In this document: piece after piece, positions 61,885 to 64,000 of the stretch
Position numbering within the stretch: the stretch's first letter is position 1
How the letters are laid out: every line of letters begins with the position of its first letter
Source: Paraphysomonas bandaiensis
Taxonomy: Eukaryota > Protista > Chrysophyceae
Length of the DNA: 64,000 nucleotides
Direction: 5' to 3'
NCBI GenBank assembly: GCA_965644295.1
Contig: CBFFRP010000219.1
Location: 1-64,000, forward strand
Translations under genes and position numbers: made by a program
Notes under the pieces: model-generated
What the model saw: only the letters and a program-made list of their open reading frames with translations
Databases searched by the model: none
Told to the model about the DNA's origin: nothing

Positions 61885-63554
61885 ATGGTACCTCACAGAA
61901 TATATATACACAATGAAGAAGACGAAGCCACAGACAGTGAGGGACATGGCAAGACTCTACGTTACCGACCCTCGCATAACTACTCTCACAGCTATAGAAT
62001 TACCGGCAGCGGGACTTTCGTTGGACATGGGTTTCAGATTGGCGAATTTGGTGTTAAAAGTATACCAGAGCACCTCATCAGTGAGGCGCCATCGGGCCTA
62101 AAGCACGCGAAGAATGAAACTGTTATTCTTTCTACAATTGGACGGGGATCAAGCGGATATGTTTCGCTTGGACTTCACGTTCCTACTCTCACTACTGTGG
62201 CAATAAAGCATTTTAATGTTGGAATGGCAGATAGAAGACAGGACATGATACGAGAGTTGAATGCTTTGTATACTATCAATAAAAATAACCGATTATCCGC
62301 TAAAAATGTTTGCCATTTCAAACCAGTATTATCGCAATATATTGTTCAATTGTACGACGCTTACACTGACTCCGAGCACAGAGGTGCGTCCTTGGTAGAT
62401 CCTATGTGAGTTATAGTATATATTTCCGTAGCAGTATGCATGCTTCTTGAGTATATGGCCTGCGGAAGCCTTCAAAAATGGATAGATCAGGAAGGAATGA
62501 TGAACGAGACGGACTGTGCGGTTGTCGCTCATTCCGTGGTCCAAGCACTTTGCGTTATACACAGCAGAGGAATAATTCACAGGGATATCAAGGTATATAA
62601 TACATTGCCTTACACGCCAATTTTTGTGTATTACTGTGTGGAATTAGCCTGCAAATATACTGTGTTCAGGAAATGGCACTGTCAAGTTAGGAGATTTCGG
62701 AATTGCTGCACTGACGCAATATGTCGGTTCTTCGAATACGACGATAAACAGTCAAACTTATGGTGGTTTGTTGTGTTTAAACAAATTTTGTACTGAACAC
62801 CTGATAGGAACCTTGTGTTTTATGAGCCCGGAGTGTTTAGCTGGATTACCACCCTCTCCACAGGTCTGAAGACATAGTGGTGATATTGAAGTTTAATTTT
62901 CTCTCTTAACAGTGCGATATATGGGCCCTAGGTATCACTTTAATAACACTTTTGTTAGGGCGTCCACCCTATCAATCCTGTAATAGCTACTGGAGCCTAG
63001 TTGATTCCATCGGTTCTGGAATAGGAGATATAGCTAGTATACTTCCACGGTATCTTATTCTGCCACTTTGCGCAGTATTTAATCCGGTATACAGATGTTC
63101 AGAGGATTGCTGCGATTTCATACGTCTTTGTTTGGAGAATGACCCCAAAGAACGCCCTTCGGCTTCGCAGCTTCTAATACATCCATTCTTGGCGATATCC
63201 CCTCTTGTTATCCATATACCTTCTGCACTTTCTTCACTCTCTCAAGATGAATTTAATTTGCAGAATTTATCAAACAATATTAATGACTGGTGGAGTGGAT
63301 TAAGTGCAGAAGACTACGCGGATGTGTTGTGCAGATACAGTGAATTTGTATGCCACACCACAGATCATATGGAAGAAAAGTCAAACCTACAACGTCATAC
63401 GTTTTGGAATTCTCGGAACAGGTGCACTTCAGATGATTTACATACGGATTTATCGCATCCTGTTAGAAAGGTTCAGTACTCTGAAGTATGCGTCGCTTCG
63501 CTTGCAGAGGAACTGCGTGTAGATATCAATTCATTGAAGTGGTTTATGAACTGA
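61885..63554 (+). CDS. STE/MAP2K-like serine-threonine protein kinase (multi-exon)
   Basis: IGRGSSGYV, VAIK, LLEYMACGSL, HRDIK-PANIL, KLGDFG, GTLCFMSPE, DIWALG and CLENDPKERPSASQLLIHPF. Start uncertain. Confidence 0.88.
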
Positions 63555-64000
63555 CATACCTGTATGTAGTATGTGGTATGTTGACTAGATATATATGCTA
63601 CTTTACGATAACTTTAATTACTCTTCGATTTTGCACCTAAAACTCTGTGGTAACAAGAAGCCCATATTTCCTAAATAGTTTCTTCTTTTGCAGCCATGTA
63701 TACGGTTACGCATACTAACATATACTCATACTCTATACATATTTTGCTTTAATCTATATAGTTTATACATATATCATATCCGATATCCAACTAAACCTTT
63801 CTGACTTGACCACTCCCTCGGACGCACACAGGGAATTGAGTAAGTTTCTACACCACAACTACATCGCACAGACAGAGTGTTGTTGTGAGGCCCTTAAGAA
63901 TAAATTTATCCACAAAGAATATAAAATAGTCGTCAAAAAAGAGAAAACGCATAAATAAAAATTGACAATGTAGATCAATTATTTTAGACGAAGACGATGC

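Overview
Eukaryotic nuclear DNA: compact and gene-dense, with many short GT-AG introns (about 50 bp). The gene content and style fit a unicellular protist, possibly a stramenopile; this is an inference. I count 15 protein-coding genes. (1) A large secreted protein with 3 EGF-like modules, basic motifs and Pro/Thr/Ser mucin repeats on the minus strand; the ORF track misses it and shows only its antisense shadow. (2) An ankyrin/TRP channel with a C2-like domain. (3) A bacterial-type trans-aconitate methyltransferase with introns. (4) BRF1. (5) A PX-like protein. (6) A FYVE-C2-GRAM myotubularin. (7) A TPR/Tudor-like/IQ protein. (8) A CCR4-like EEP protein with degenerate catalytic motifs and an inserted FN3 domain. 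(9) An unknown membrane protein. (10) An SLC35C2-like transporter. (11) A 7TM protein. (12) A RING-H2 ligase. (13) A BAG protein. (14) NCBP1/CBP80. (15) A secreted sulfotransferase-like + TPR + TTC13/SRFR1-like protein with a ~210-aa Tyr/Asp tail. A MAP2K-like kinase follows as a 16th gene. Most genes are arranged as head-to-head pairs. Non-coding DNA holds four TIR-bounded MITE-like elements, a 137-bp tandem duplication and a ~580-bp (TATG)n tract. It also holds a ~500-bp dispersed element present 5 times, always between convergent gene ends, once as a near-identical inverted pair. The best candidates for something new are that dispersed element family, the sulfotransferase-like/TTC13/Tyr-Asp-tail fusion, and the hidden EGF-mucin protein. 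Exon boundaries were read by eye and are approximate.
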